This document shows, one piece after another, positions 47,505 through 61,537 of a DNA stretch of 64,000 bases (the first letter of the stretch is position 1; every line of letters begins with the position of its first letter). The stretch spans positions 744,001-808,000 of the forward strand of contig NW_020843829.1 of the NCBI RefSeq assembly GCF_003704095.1, read 5' to 3'. This DNA comes from Pocillopora damicornis. Taxonomy: Eukaryota. The notes under the pieces were generated by a model. It was given only the letters and a program-made list of their open reading frames with translations. It was not told where the DNA came from and did not search any database. Both the position numbers and the translations under genes were made by a program.

Positions 47505-50500
47505 ATGCCTCTCTCCGAGATGATTGCTTCTTTAGGAAGCAATCAGTACTTTTCAGCCGGATTTGGACTAGTTGGCGTGGGTGCAGGGCTTGCAGTGTTA
47601 CGAAAGGGAGGTCAGTTTGCTTTCACTGCCTTCCGACGATACGCGATCATTACTCTTGAAGTTCCAAGCAAAGACAAGAGTTACCACTGGGTTCTACAGT
47701 GGATCGCCGCTCAGGGTCAAAGAGCCCAGCATCTCAGTGTAGAGACAACTTTTCAACAACACGAAACAGGGAAAATAAACACGCGATTCGACTTCTCGCC
47801 TTGTCCTGGGGTTCATTTCTTCAAGTACAAAAACAGCTTCGTTCGTGTAGAGCGATCAAGAGAGAAGATGGTCGATCTAACCACGGGGGCGCCATGGGAG
47901 ACTGTAACACTCACATCTCTTGCAACAAACAAACAGTTGTTTTTCGATATCTTGAGCGAGGCAAGGCAAATGGCACTTGAAAAACAAGAAGGAAAAACTG
48001 TTATGTACACAGCGATGGGTGCCGACTGGAGACAGTTTGGTTTTCCAAGGAGAAAGAGACCGCTGGATTCTGTGATTCTGGATGATGGTGTCTCTCAGAA
48101 AATTTTGGCTGATGTTAAAGAATTCATTGCATCTGCCAAGTGGTACATAGACAGAGGTATTGTCTTGGTGATAAACTGAGTACGTTGAGGACTAAGAACA
48201 TTCCCAGTTTACAAATATAACAATGCTGATTCCTTACAGTAAATAGGCTTGCTTGCTGCTAGTTTTATACTGTTTCCTTGTGGGGCAGTACATCAGTACA
48301 GTTTCAATAGTCTGTATTATGCAAATGTTATGTTCCGATAAGAGATGGGGGTGGGGAATGTGGAAGTGTGGAGGCATGATGGCTCGCTGACTGAACTTAA
48401 GGTTTAGAAGTATGAGTCAAGTGCCAGCAGGTTGATTGTCTTGTGTTTTTTAGGCAAGATAATTAAGTCTCACAATACCTCTCTCCACCTATGAGCTTAA
48501 AACTGTCAAGAAATCCTAAGGGGGTAGCCCACAATAGACTGGCTGCCCATCCGAGGGGAGTAGCAATACTCCTAATCACTTAAGAAAGTAGAATGAGTTC
48601 TGACATTGTAGGTTACTGGACTTGAAAACTATGCCTCTCACTGTTAACAAAAATTATTTTGGGGACATGTTAATACATGTATTTTTAAAATTTTTTTAGG
48701 TATTCCATACCGAAGAGGATATTTGTTGTATGGGCCTCCTGGATGTGGGAAAAGCAGCTTTATGTATGTTGTGCTTTTGAATTATATCATATATATAAAA
48801 CTATTTCTTGTCTTTAAGTGTACTGTGTAAAAATGCATGCAGCCACAACTTCATGGATTTAACTTGACACGTACATACAAATGTATGTTCAGATTAAATA
48901 TTTGAAAAGGAACTTAATTTTTGTTATATCTGGCTGAAACGCATCAACACCCCAGAGTCAAAGTTGTAATATTTAAATAAATGTTAATAGAGGTAACTTG
49001 TTGTGAATTACATGTATGTTCTTCATACATGTAATAGGTTAATTTAGGTTTTTTTTTGTGCACCGTCGAGACGGCCCTTAACTTAAAGTGCTGCAACTTT
49101 GTTTTCATGTTTGATTTCTACCAGCTTTCCTAACCATCACCTCTACTGACTAAGATCATCATAAATTTTTTTTTTTGCCCAAAACATGGGGAATTGTTGA
49201 GGGAGCCAAATGTAAAAATTTTGCTCCAGCATTAAAGCATGTTGAATTTATCAGGCAAGATTGCAGTACATACAAATGTAATTGTGCAAAATCTTAAAGA
49301 TTGGCCTGGTAAGATTTTAGTCATTGAGGCTGCAAATCTAGACTAAATGGTGTTACTCTTTTCCCCATTCTGTGGGCCTTGGCTTTGATCTTTAACCCTT
49401 TACACCCTAACATCAATTGACATATTCTCCATACTGTTCTCAATACATTTCCTAAGAAGCTGACAAGGAGAATTTGTTTAACAATCAAGAGCTTATATCA
49501 GTGGTGATCATTTCCTTTTCTTTTATGACCTTTATCTGTGATTTTGGGGGTGATGTTGTGAGGAGAAATCAGATGCTAGTCACTCACAGAGGTGAAAGGG
49601 TTAATGAATCAGGTCCCTGGATTTTTTCTTTTCATTCTATATTTTATGTAAAACTTCTACTGGTGAAGCATCTGACCAATTTATGGAAACAACTGTACTG
49701 TTCTCATGTATTTCCACCAACAGTTCATTGTTGCTCTGTTTCTGTAATAACTGAAATAATCATCAGCCAATTAATGTAACATTTTTCAACTATCAGACAA
49801 GCACTAGCAGGAGCTCTGGACTACAGCATATGTGTCATGAACTTAAGTGATCGCAGTCTGTCAGATGACCGCCTAAACCATTTAATGAGTGTAGCACCCC
49901 AGCAAAGTATTATTCTGTTAGAGGATATTGATGCTGCCTTTGTAAAGAGAACTGATGAGAAGGAAGAAGGGAGAGCAAGTGGCTACATAAACAGGGTATG
50001 GAAAAGATTGTACTGATTTTCCTGAAAATCTTATGTAAGGGGTTCTGTAAAGTATTACGAGTGTGAGCTATGCATGCACAAACACTCAATGATTGGTTAT
50101 TGCATGAAGATGATTGTTGCTGTGGACTAAATTTTGGTAAGATTTTTTTTGACTTATTCCTTTGACCCAATGTTTATAACCTCTTCTGTAAAAAAAGAAA
50201 TCAGTTTCCTTAAATGACAAGGTTTATTGAAACATCAGAGAACTGGTACCAAAGGTCTGCCAATAATTGTTCTTCTGACAGCCACACTGTTTATTTCTTT
50301 ATAAATTTTTTAAGAGAATTGTACATATTAATTTTATCAAAGGGTAAAAAATCTTAAGCTGATGAGTTTGTTTAACCTGCAGGTAATAGAGTTGTGAGCA
50401 TTAGTTGCATAGCAATTTCAGGGGGTTTAAATATTTATTTTAAAACTTTTTAAGGGTCTGGATTTTTTCACATACTCTTCTTGTAAACATCTGGAATATT

Positions 50501-50947
50501 TTGGCGTTTAAAGAAACTTCAACCTCTGTTGTTCCCCTCTTTCTGTGAACCGATGTTTGGGAAAGGGATGATCTGAGTTACTTTTCCTTGTTAACTTTTC
50601 TTCAGGTGACTTTTAGTGGTCTTCTGAACACCTTGGATGGCGTGGCATCATCTGAAGAACGCATTGTTTTCATGACTACTAATCACCTGGACAGGCTTGA
50701 TCCAGCCCTCATACGACCAGGCAGGGTGGATGTCAAACAGGAGATTGGCCTCGCTTCCAAATCTCAGTTACAAAAGATGTACACTCGCTTTTATCCCGAC
50801 CAGATTCCTTCTTGCGCAGAGGAGTTCGCGGACAAAGTATTTAGATTGAAGCAGGGAAGAAGCATCGCGCAGATACAAGGACACTTTATGCTATTCAAAA
50901 ACGACCCTCTAGGTGCCATAGAAAATATCGAAATTCTTAGAAACTAG
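47505..50947 (+). CDS. BCS1L: Mitochondrial chaperone BCS1 (AAA ATPase), 4 exons, 418 aa
   Basis: Exons 47505-48156, 48700-48763, 49797-49995, 50606-50947. Motifs [34 protein letters not shown] (Walker A), [10 protein letters not shown] (Walker B), [29 protein letters not shown]. Confidence 0.97.
49392..49604. mobile_element. MITE-like element, TTAACCC family, in a BCS1 intron
   Basis: ttaaccctttacacc ... ggtgaaagggttaa. Confidence 0.8.
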
Positions 50948-53900
50948 TTCACGTTTCTGTGCTTGATTAAAATGAATTACATTATTTGCAGTGTTTAACA
51001 TTTGTTTGTGTAGAGAGTTGCCTGGAAAAGAAAACGATAGTCTGAGGATGATAATGGTTACATCTCACTGTTCAAATCTAAAATTTTAGTCTCTCGAATG
51101 CAGTAACACCTGGTTGTATTAAACCCTGTAAGTTTGCCGATGCAAGGGTGCTTGCGCGGATGCTGGAATGAATTTCCATTGTGGTCTAAATTTTGTGGAT
51201 TTAATTTACCGTCGTTGGCTGAAAAAACGTATATAGCAATTTATTACAATCGAAGCTGTCTTCACAGACTATCTGGTAAGCTTACAGCTCTGCTTACCGT
51301 CGCCTCTACAAGATCCCATTAGAATTCTCGTACAAGCTATGTACTGACTCATCCTCGAGGCTTGAAAGTGGAGGTGCACATGCGCGTTGCACAAGTGACG
51401 CAAAATTTTTGCGTCCGTTTCTTTCCTCTCTTTTTTCCTTACTTAACCGCACACAGTTGGAGAAGTCCATTTCTTGAGGTACATACACAAGTCACAAATC
51501 TTTGAGGTCTGGACGGAAAAGATTTCTCCGTTTTACTAGGAGGACGGGAAAGGTTCTTTGCGTTGTCAGATTGAAAACGCATTTTTCATCCGTCTTAGGG
51601 TGAAAGAAACCTTAGATTGAAAGGTTAACAATCATATGACCGGCCAGCCGTTAAATGAAGTGAACAATAGTTTTTTTTTTTAATAATACTGCTTGTGGTC
51701 ACCCAAGAGAAACGTTCTCGTAAGCAAAAACTTCCCGTTACGCCGAGTATTTCTATTGCTGTGTGTCCGTTTAATTGAGATGCTTTGCGTTGGTTCATTT
51801 ATCTCGCCATGTCGTATTGATTAAACATCACGTTGAATTATTAACATTAAGGTCACGGTTGTGGTGATCTTTGCACGTGCGCATCAAATTGTCTCACATA
51901 ACACCCACGGTAGGAGGGTCGACCAACATTCCATCTGTGTACATTCAAGCCTTAGGGATAAGATATCTTAAAATTTAACTTAGTTAACCTTCATTCTACC
52001 TTGACTTCACTTTTAACATAGCTTTAGTATGCGTTGTTGAAACATTTTAAGCGGCACTTTCGTCTGGCGTCAATGTCAATTAAAGTTGTAAACATTTCCC
52101 AAAACTTTGCCTCACTTTTGATAGTAAAACTCCACTTATAGAAGAACGGCTGTGAGAAGTATATTTGTATAAAAAAATAAATAAATACAAAAATGAATCG
52201 AAAAATCAAATCATGCACTGTTAATCCTGCGGTTATTTCGGTACCTTTAAACAGAAGTCAGAAATAAAGCGACAGAAGGTGCCAGAGAGCCGTAAGCTTA
52301 AAGGTGTATATTGTTTAATAACGCCTCCTAAGTTTCTTTTATATTGGTTTAGCTAATTTCTTGGCCTAACATGTACACGAGCTTTATCGACGGTCGCGCT
52401 TCACAGAACATTCATTACCCTCTTAGTTTAATTTGTCTGTTTGTCAGCCCGTTTATCAGTAGTAATCATAACGAGGGTTTTCGTAAAACAGTTGTTACGA
52501 GCTTCGCAACGAATCTAGGGGTATTTTGCATCTATACTTGCCCTCGCATCTATAATTGGCAATGAATGTAATTTGTCCCTCCTCTTCCCTCCTACATTGA
52601 AAAAAACACCCTCAGTGAACATTCGTCAACTGACCTAATTTTAAACATGGCAAACACCCGCAAATATAAATATGAGAGTAGAGTACAAAGGTTAACAAAC
52701 AGAAAAACTGTGCGTTTTTCATCTATGCGAGAAATTGGTCTTGGTACGTTGGAATTACAAAGGCCGGTCGGAAATTACAATTACAGCTTGAAAGGGATCT
52801 AAAGTCAAGATCAAAACAGTTCTTCTTTTCTGATGAGATCCAGTAATGAATACTTCAAAAAGAGTAGTCACATCAAGTGGTCATCGAATCAAATACAGTT
52901 GATCGTCCTGAGAATTATTGATTGTTGGAAGAACCAATTGTCTTCTGCCAACCAAAACGAAACGAAAGTCTTCATTGCGTAACGATTCCATCTGGTCCGA
53001 TCATTATTAGATTAGTGTATCTTTACTGTAAACTGATGCAATTTTCGTTAATAAGTTGGTTAATATGTCACAAAGTGTCTTCCAAATTCAACCCTCAAAG
53101 TTTTTTCCCATTATATCACAAACTTAACTTAATATTCTGTTTTGTCATGTATCAAGAGATACTTTTTCAGCAGAACAATGGCATTTGAGACAAATTCAAG
53201 AAGTTCTTTAAAAAAACTAGAATTTGCTTAATATTAGGCATTTGTTTATAAATTCCAATATCGCAATAACCTCAGATACAGTGCCAGATGTAAAGTCACG
53301 ATAGAGTTAAAGCTACAAAGATTCAACTCAGTGAGGTATGTAAGAAAAAAAAACCAAGGATTAAAGAGTCAAAGAATACAAGGAAACTTATTTACTCTGA
53401 TGGTATTCCCATACTACTTAGTGAAACAAGTTTGGGAGAGGTTGCCAACTATCATGAAATGAAATCACTTTGTCGATAATTGACATAAATCGTTCGTGCA
53501 ATTTAGTCAATGAGCCATGAAAAACCGACCTATATCTCTCACTAGATATTTTCAAGGAAATGCATTTGCCGAAAAGTGATAACATTATTATTTAATATAG
53601 ACGTAGAATTTGATTTTCTAGTCTATTTGGTGCCTATCAAATTGCCAGTTTTTTCGGTGGCGGTGACGTCAAAACAGTGAAATTAAAGACTCAAGCAATC
53701 AATATGACGGTAAAACAATAATAAATATATAATAACCAAAATTTTTAAAAGAACTGCAAAAAGCACGTTTGCAGTTTTTCTAGACATTAACAACTGACGT
53801 ACACGTATTTTAAAACTTTCATTTAGATTGATAACCCTGTCCCTTTAGGTGGTTATAAAATCAAGACATCAAGCAAACAATAAATACCCCAAATCAAACG

Positions 53901-54196
53901 ATAACACTGGTTGCCACGGCTTGGAAAATATACCCCATGACGTGGTCTAATTTTCTTAAACCAACGCATTGCTGACTACTGAATTACTAAACTCATATTT
54001 TGCAATATTATACACCTGCTGAGATTAATCTGCTATGAAACAGCTTTACCTCTTGGTAGAGTTCATTTGTTTGTTTTTATTTTGTGAGTACATCTTTAGT
54101 GGAATAAGAAAAAATGTTCCTTTAAAATAAATTAATCAGAGCAATACTTAGATGAAAGAAACTTATTTGACAGCTGTAAATTCAACTTCATTATAT

Positions 54197-54312
54197 GACC
54201 ACTGGTAGGAAAAAAATAAAAACAAAAATTTATTGGCTACGTCAGGTTTCTTTAATCACCACTGGTAAGGAAAAAAAGAAACCAAAAATGTATTGGCTGA
54301 GTCAGGTTTCTC
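54197..54312. repeat. Tandem duplication of ~60 bp
   Basis: accactggta.gaaaaaaa.aaa.caaaaat.tattggct..gtcaggtttct occurs twice. Confidence 0.8.
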
Positions 54313-55602
54313 TACAGAGCTCGCTTATGCTGATTTTGTATCTCTTTAAATCTTTCGTCATTAACGTTTCTCGCCCTTCAGCACAAGTAAGCCAACTGAA
54401 GGCGCCTTTGTGCTCATATCATGAAGAAACATCCTGTTTATTAGTTGTCATTTGTACCGTTTCTCCAACTTCCTCAGCGAAAATTGTTTTAACAACTTCC
54501 TTCCTGGATTTTTGTCAAGCTTTTGACTTAAGCCCAATTATGCACACAGAAAAAAAAAATTAGAAAATTTATGACACAGGATCAAGATATTTTTGTCCAG
54601 AAAAAAATTTTTTCCACAACTCTGAACAGTGTTTTTCACTGTGACGAAAGAGTACAATAAACAAAGTATTGGACCCTTGATATGAACTCTTGATTCAAGA
54701 AACCAGTACTTAATGATCATCTCATTACTCAGAGGATATTAGCTGCCAAATCATTTATGTGTCCCTAATAATTAGTGAGAGCAGTGTATTGTGCTTTGGC
54801 TGCACAAATGATAATGAGCAAAAAGCAAATGTTTAAAAGGACAGAAGGTGGGAAGCTCTTTCATACCAGATAGGTTCTCAAAAACCACGATTTGATTTGC
54901 TTGGAGGTCAATCAAACATTTTCAATTCAAGTCCAGCTACAAGGATAAGGTAAATGGATTTTCTTATTTAAAGTCATGTTCAATAATGGAAAATGAAACC
55001 TATCCTACTTCGCCTTGCTTGTTTCCAATGAATGCTTAATGTTTTCGAAGCAATTTTTGAGCCTGTGGTTGCTGATAACAAACTTGATTCGTTTGTCTTG
55101 AAATTACAATGGGAGCATACTGTTTTATAATTGGCATCGATAAATTACCTTTTTTCGAAGTAGGTTCCTACAGTTTATTCCGCCTTGATCAGGGTGTTTG
55201 TCCCATTTTTTCGTAACTCTACCGTTTTTCTTTGCAAAAGAGACCGAAATCTGTACCGCGCGAAAATTGTTCGCATCTTTTAGCCTACTTCTTTGTAAAG
55301 TTGTTCAATATTTTGTCAACGCAATCAGCTAAAAAAAGGATCCGAACTATTTACTCAGTAATGGAATGCAAGATTATGTCTATTCGAGTACTCACATATC
55401 ATTCTCTCTCTTGAAGTTTTTTGTGTGCTAAGTGGGAGCAGATTTGAGAAGAATCTTCACTTAAACTTGACAATGGCATAAACACTTGTCATGAAAAACC
55501 TTACCGTCTCGCTGCTCATACTATTTCAGGGCAGCCTAACTCTTGGATGTTTTTTTTTCTTCCATAGACACATAAGCAGTGAAAGCACTGAAACAGCTAG
55601 AA

Positions 55603-58600
55603 ATGTTGACATTAAGGTATTAGTAGCTAATTTTTAAACTTAAACCTATCTATTTTGGGACTGCCTTTTAAATATGATTTTTTTTAATACTTGGTTGCTT
55701 GTAAGAACCATACACCCTTGAGGTGCAATCAAATATGAGATTTAATTCTTGGATTCCATGAATTTGGTGAATTAAAATTGCAGTGAGGCTGCGACATAAG
55801 TATTAATTAAAATTGTTAAAAACTCATAGCTTCCTTTTGTTTCGATTAACGATTCTCTCAATCTTGTAGCCTTCTCCTAGTGCTGGGGGTATGTCTCTTC
55901 CAAAGCGGGCCTTCCGTTGGTGGAACACCTGACAATTCCGATACATTTTTAAGGGTTGACAGCATGTGTCAACCGATACCTCTGTATCTTCGTCTAAACT
56001 GTATCAGGCGCCGTTACCGCACGTTCGACGGGACGTGCAACAATCTGTGCAACATAACCGAGGGCTCCGCCGAGACTGGATTCGACCGCTTCCTCCCACC
56101 AGCCTTTCAGAACGGAGATGGACCTAGACTCATGTCTTCATCTGGTGCTCCACTGAAGAACGCGCGAACAATCAGTAAAAACGTGTTCAAGAGTACGTCT
56201 GAAGATGTAGGTGGAAAACCTCCACCTTTCACTCACGTGACCATGACGTGGGGTCAATTTATAGATCATGACATCACGTTAACTGAGTCCAACGAGACTG
56301 CGGGATGCGGGACCAACAACGAACAATGTCCCACCAACATTCCCGGATGTATAAGCATACCGATCTCACAGAACAACCCCGATGATCGACTGGCAAACAA
56401 TGTAACTGCACAATGCATTCCCCTATCACGATCAGCATTGAGGGATCGTGAACAGGTGAGAGATTCCTGCAGTCTTAAGCGTCATTTTCATCCGCATTGC
56501 AGTTAACATTTATCTTTTATAAACAAACGAATCCCGTGAGAAAAGTTATATTTTCTTATGTGACATAACATTGCGGGGCAGAAGAGAGAAAAGTTTGATG
56601 AAACTTTGAATTTATGCGCAACTTTGAAGAAACGAAAAGAATTTCTGTTGAGCACATAACGCGAAGTACAAATAGAATTGGAGGTCCCAGTATTGATCAA
56701 TCACGGGGGAAGTGCTACCCTTTGAAATAAACACTACTTCGATTTAGCAAAAGAAACCGACAAAATACTCGTTCGCTCTTTTTCAGGTTAACTTAGTTTC
56801 ATCCTACATTGATGCTTCGATGGTTTATGGAGCTAATTGTGAAGAGGCAGAGAGCCTCCGTGACAAAATAGCAAATACTGGATCTTTACGCGTTCTCCCA
56901 CTGCCAGTGAGACGCTCCGACAGGATGCCAATTTTACCTGAAGCTAGCCCAGAATCCTTTTGTAAATCACCGAGACCTGCAGTGAGGCCTTGTTTCCTAG
57001 CTGGTGATTTTAGGAGAGTCAATGAAAATCCCGGTAAGAATTTGTGCGGGACAATATATCTCCAGCTATCCATCAGGAGGACGTCTCTCTTATTTACACA
57101 AATTCTGTTGTGGTCGTAAGCGAGACTGAATAGATATTTGCCAATAAGCATAGGGATAAAAACAGAGAATCTTTTAAGCTTGTATCTCTTATATGCATGC
57201 AACTTTTAATTCCCCATTTTCAGTAATCGTTTTTATTAAGGAACACAACAACCCCGTAAATATTATGAATTCAGTTTGAACGAAGAGAGTAACACCTAGC
57301 TCATGAAAAATCAAATAATCATGAAGGGCAAAGTTTAACAGAAAGTAACTAAATCCCGTTCTCTTTTCCTTATCTTTCAGCGCTTATGGTAATGCACACC
57401 CTTTTTGTGCGTGAACATAATCGCATTGCACAGTTCCTTCATTATCTGAATCCAATGTGGCAGGATGAAAAGCTTTTTCAGGAGGCACGAAAAATAGTGA
57501 TTGGTCAAATACAGCACATTACATACAACGAATGGCTTCCTGTTCTGTTTCCTTCTAAAAAATTGGTGAGGATCGATTTATTTATGAAATGCATGATACT
57601 TTATGATACTTCGCGTTTTTCACCTGCTGCACCGATTGCTTCGATTAAAGTCAGTGATCATTACGTTCAGCCAACTAGTGTTGTCACAGACCTTGGAGCC
57701 GTCACGCTTGATTCACACCTCACCCTAGTTCCCCTTGTCAACAACACCTGTCGCGTTCGTTTCATTCTATTGGCAGAATCAGAAATTATCTTTCGCAAGC
57801 GGATACTGGGCGCATTGTTCATGCCTTCGTTTTATCGAAATTGGATTATTGTTATGGTTTGCTCTATGGAATTCCCTCCAGTGAAATTGAGAAACTTCAG
57901 AGATTACAGAATACCGCGGCAAGATTAACTGTGTGCATGAAGAGGACTGATCATATTACTCCTGTTTTAAAAATTTTTGCACTGGCTTCCTGTTAATGAC
58001 AGAATAATTTTTAAGTTACTTTCGATTACGTACATATCTTTTAATGGCCTTGCCCCGGTGTATATTAATGAACTGTTTCATCATTACACTCCCTGTCGCT
58101 CTCTTTCTTTCTAGAAATTCCAACCTTCTAGTTATCCTTAAGACTACCCCTAAGACTACTACAGTTTCTAACGGAGATAGATCTTTTGAGGCAATTGTTC
58201 CGAAGTTATGGAATCAGCTACCGCTTGCCATTAGACAAATTAACTGTTGATAGTTTTAAAAAGGCGTTGGAAACGTACCTGTTTCATGAGAGCTCTTTTT
58301 TTTAGTTGTAAAAAGCATCGAGACATTTATATGTAGAATGCGGTTTTTAAGAACTCTAATTATTATTATTGATTTATCCAAAATGTTCTACTGGACAATT
58401 CGATTAAGAGCTCGAGTTTCAATCGCGTGATTATTTATGGAAATCGAGAACGAATGGTTTAATTGTTTTGGCATAAAACTACTTGTCGTTCACAACTTAA
58501 CAACAAGGAAGGCGCATGTTTTTATTGATAGTCAATGATGGACTATTTAGTTTACTCACTACCTATCAAAGAATAGATAGTGAGTTGCGAAGCCAATATA

Positions 58601-61537
58601 TAAGCTATCAGACTACTACGTCCCCCTTATGCTTCCAGTGTTACTGCAAGAGTACATCGGCTCACCTCCTGGCCTCGTCTGCATCATTTCAACGTCGTTC
58701 TTCACAAAATGCACTGAGAAGAAACCAGAAAGTACCAATTTGAAATAACATTCTGTTGCAACAATCATCTACACATATTCACTGTGGATTGAATTACGCT
58801 CTGTTCTAACGTGTAGAACCTTACTGCTGTATAGGTCAGGGCGAGCAGTTGACTCCAATACTTGATTAGGATAAAAGCAACGTGGGCGCTATTGTGCTTG
58901 GAGCTGATTTAGTTGGAACTAAATTCTTAATATTCTGCCTGTAATAATCCAGGTTATTTAAATTTTTCAAGTCATCAACTCTTATCCTCATCTCGTAAAT
59001 TAACTTAGACATGTATTGACTGGGATAACCACACCTCCTTTGAAAAAGTGTTAGTACACACAATATCACGAAAAACGGTCAATAATAATACAATTCATAG
59101 TGCAAAAGTTACATTTGAAGTTTTAATAATCTATTATTCATCTCATCGTTTATTATATTTATTATGTTACCAAAAGAGAAACGACGAGGGCATTTTACTG
59201 GAGTCATCTGGCCGGTTCTTCAGCGGTTACGACCCAAATGTGAGGGCGACAACCTTAAACGCATTTGCAGCAGCGGCTCTCAGGATGGGTCACTCCTTGA
59301 TTCGACAGACGTTTGGACAGTTCAGTAAAGCATTTGTACGACTGGGAGAGATCAATACCACAACATTTTTCAATCCTGACCCACTTTACACTTTAAGGAA
59401 CAACGGTATCGACGGAATTTCTCTAGGGTTAATAAAAGAACCATCGCAGAAGTTTGATAGGTAAGGATTCATAATAATGATAATGCTAACGATAAAGGAT
59501 ATCTGTGGCGCCATATCCTATAGCTCATGGATCTTTACAACACTTTGCAAGGGACTTTGGCCAGATTGCATTAAAAAGTTTACAATTCTTTGAAGGAAAT
59601 TTTTGTAGATGCCCCAAATTTCGGAACAAAGGCCAAACCACAACAACAGCAGTCACGTTCCCTTAAAAGAAAATTGATTGTCTTTGCTCTAAGTTCAGCT
59701 TCCATATCGTTGTCTTCGGGTCATTCAACCAGCATACGTTGCCTTGTCCAACGTATATCAGGAGATCTTTATCCATCAATCACACGACTTAATAATACTT
59801 CCCATGGAGAAGGGAGTGGGATCTAAAACTCAAGTTCGATTACAGTACCTCACCTATTGGTTCCATTTCTTGCTCTATAGGTTTTTCACTGTACTTTCCA
59901 ATTTATTTTTTAACCTCCACTAAACCGATACCTCAAATCCAAACACCTCTTGGACTCAGTGAACGAATCGTGGTGATGTACCACGTCAGTTTAACCTCCT
60001 TAACCTAATTTCCTTGGTTTTATATAAAACAGTTATTGCTTTGTTTCCTCACGTAGGAACTTCGTGGAAGCTGTACACGAAAGTCTCGTAATAGAAGGAC
60101 CAACCATCGAGGGTTTTGTGGGAGACCTAATGGCAATCAACATCCAACGTGGTCGTGACCACGCCCTACCACCTTACATAGAATTCAGACGAGCTTGTGA
60201 CTTGGATAAAAACTTAACCGGTGGCCTTGTCACAGATTTTTCACAACTAACCAACATTGACCCCGCGCAACTGGGTAAGATTAAAGAGTCTTATGACCAT
60301 CCTGCAGACATAGACTTGTATGTGGGAGGAGTCAGTGAAAGGCCACAGAAAGGGTCTATATTTGGGGAAACGTTCTCTTGTCTGATTGCTCGAAGTTTCA
60401 AAAGATACCGATTTGGAGATCGTTTTTGGTACGAAAGACGTGATTCTTACACAGGATTCACAAGCAGGCAACTGGATTCTATCAGAAGAGGTAGTTCCCT
60501 TGCAAGAATCATCTGTGATAATTCAGATACTGTGAAGGAACTTCAAAGGCGTGTATTTGAAAGCAGCACAGTAAAGGTTCACTGTGATGACATTCCATCC
60601 ATCAACTTGAACTTGTGGAGAGAGGGTAAGTGGCCGCAGGTTATGCATACCTCTTAAAATAATCAGTTTTATTCAGGCATTTATCTCCTCCAATCCGAGT
60701 TGATGTGAAACTTAAGATGAAAAAAAAGTTCGCAGGTAACACTACCAAATGCATTCAGATACGACACCCAGATAATAACTCATTTAGTAGCAAATTTTTT
60801 TTCTCAATAAACGACATTTAAACTTCGGCGTACCTTGATGAACTAATCTATCTGCCAAAAAGTGGTCACCATCCCGTTCGTAAGGTAAAGATAAGTTAGA
60901 GTGTCTATAAACCGATACTGATTTAATCACAGCGGCCAGCCAATCAGAGCATAGAAATATCACAAGGAACCAATGAAAATTCAAAGAAGCGACAAATAAA
61001 CTTTTTCACGATCGGATTTAGTTTAGCATCTGTTTCTTAGAGCGGGTCTGGAGAGAATTTTTTGAGCCAATAAAAGAGCGAAGTAAAGCTAAGCCAATGC
61101 AATAGCGCATTACTTTCGACACTACATTGGTGATTGTCTTAAGAGTGCAGATTTTAGCCAAAAAAAACTCCCGCTTGAGCATAACACTTATTTGTTTCGA
61201 AATTCTCAGTGCACAGGGCCATCTAACATGTGCTGAAATAAACTGGTTCACAAACTGTTTCCACAAAGTTCCAAGAACTTCGTTGGAAAAAAAAGAGAAC
61301 TTCACATAATTAACGGTTGAACAGATATAATACAAGATGGAAAACAACACAAATCAAGATAGGAGAAGAAAATTAATCATTCGTTCCTACTTACTTTGTT
61401 TCCTTTCTCTAGATCCGGGAATGGAGGATGAAAATCCATCAGCAGAATGTGAAGCTTGCACTGAGTCCATAAAAGAGGGCCAGGTGATGGGGCCAGATGA
61501 CGCAATGTCCACGGGGGCGGTCTCTGTTACAACTTAA
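55603..61537 (+). CDS. Secreted animal heme peroxidase (peroxidase-cyclooxygenase superfamily; catalytic domain only)
   Basis: Exons 55603-55616, 55870-56455, 56787-57033, 57381-57565, ~59177-59460, 60057-60625, 61413-61537. Signal peptide [17 protein letters not shown]; motifs [18 protein letters not shown] (distal His), [46 protein letters not shown] (proximal His), [23 protein letters not shown]. Confidence 0.92.
57620..58370 (+). mobile_element. 5'-truncated, degenerate LINE (L2/CR1-group) 3' fragment in a peroxidase intron
   Basis: Frameshifted translation gives DLG...[61 protein letters not shown]....[10 protein letters not shown]; ends in an (ATT)n tail. Confidence 0.85.

Noticed and set aside
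55491-55616. Alternative peroxidase start MKNLTVSLLILF
   Set aside because: Ends in phase 0, incompatible with the next exon; the ATG at 55603 gives a proper signal peptide.
57566-57928. Continuation of the peroxidase ORF beyond the exon 4 donor
   Set aside because: Read-through into the intron and the LINE fragment.
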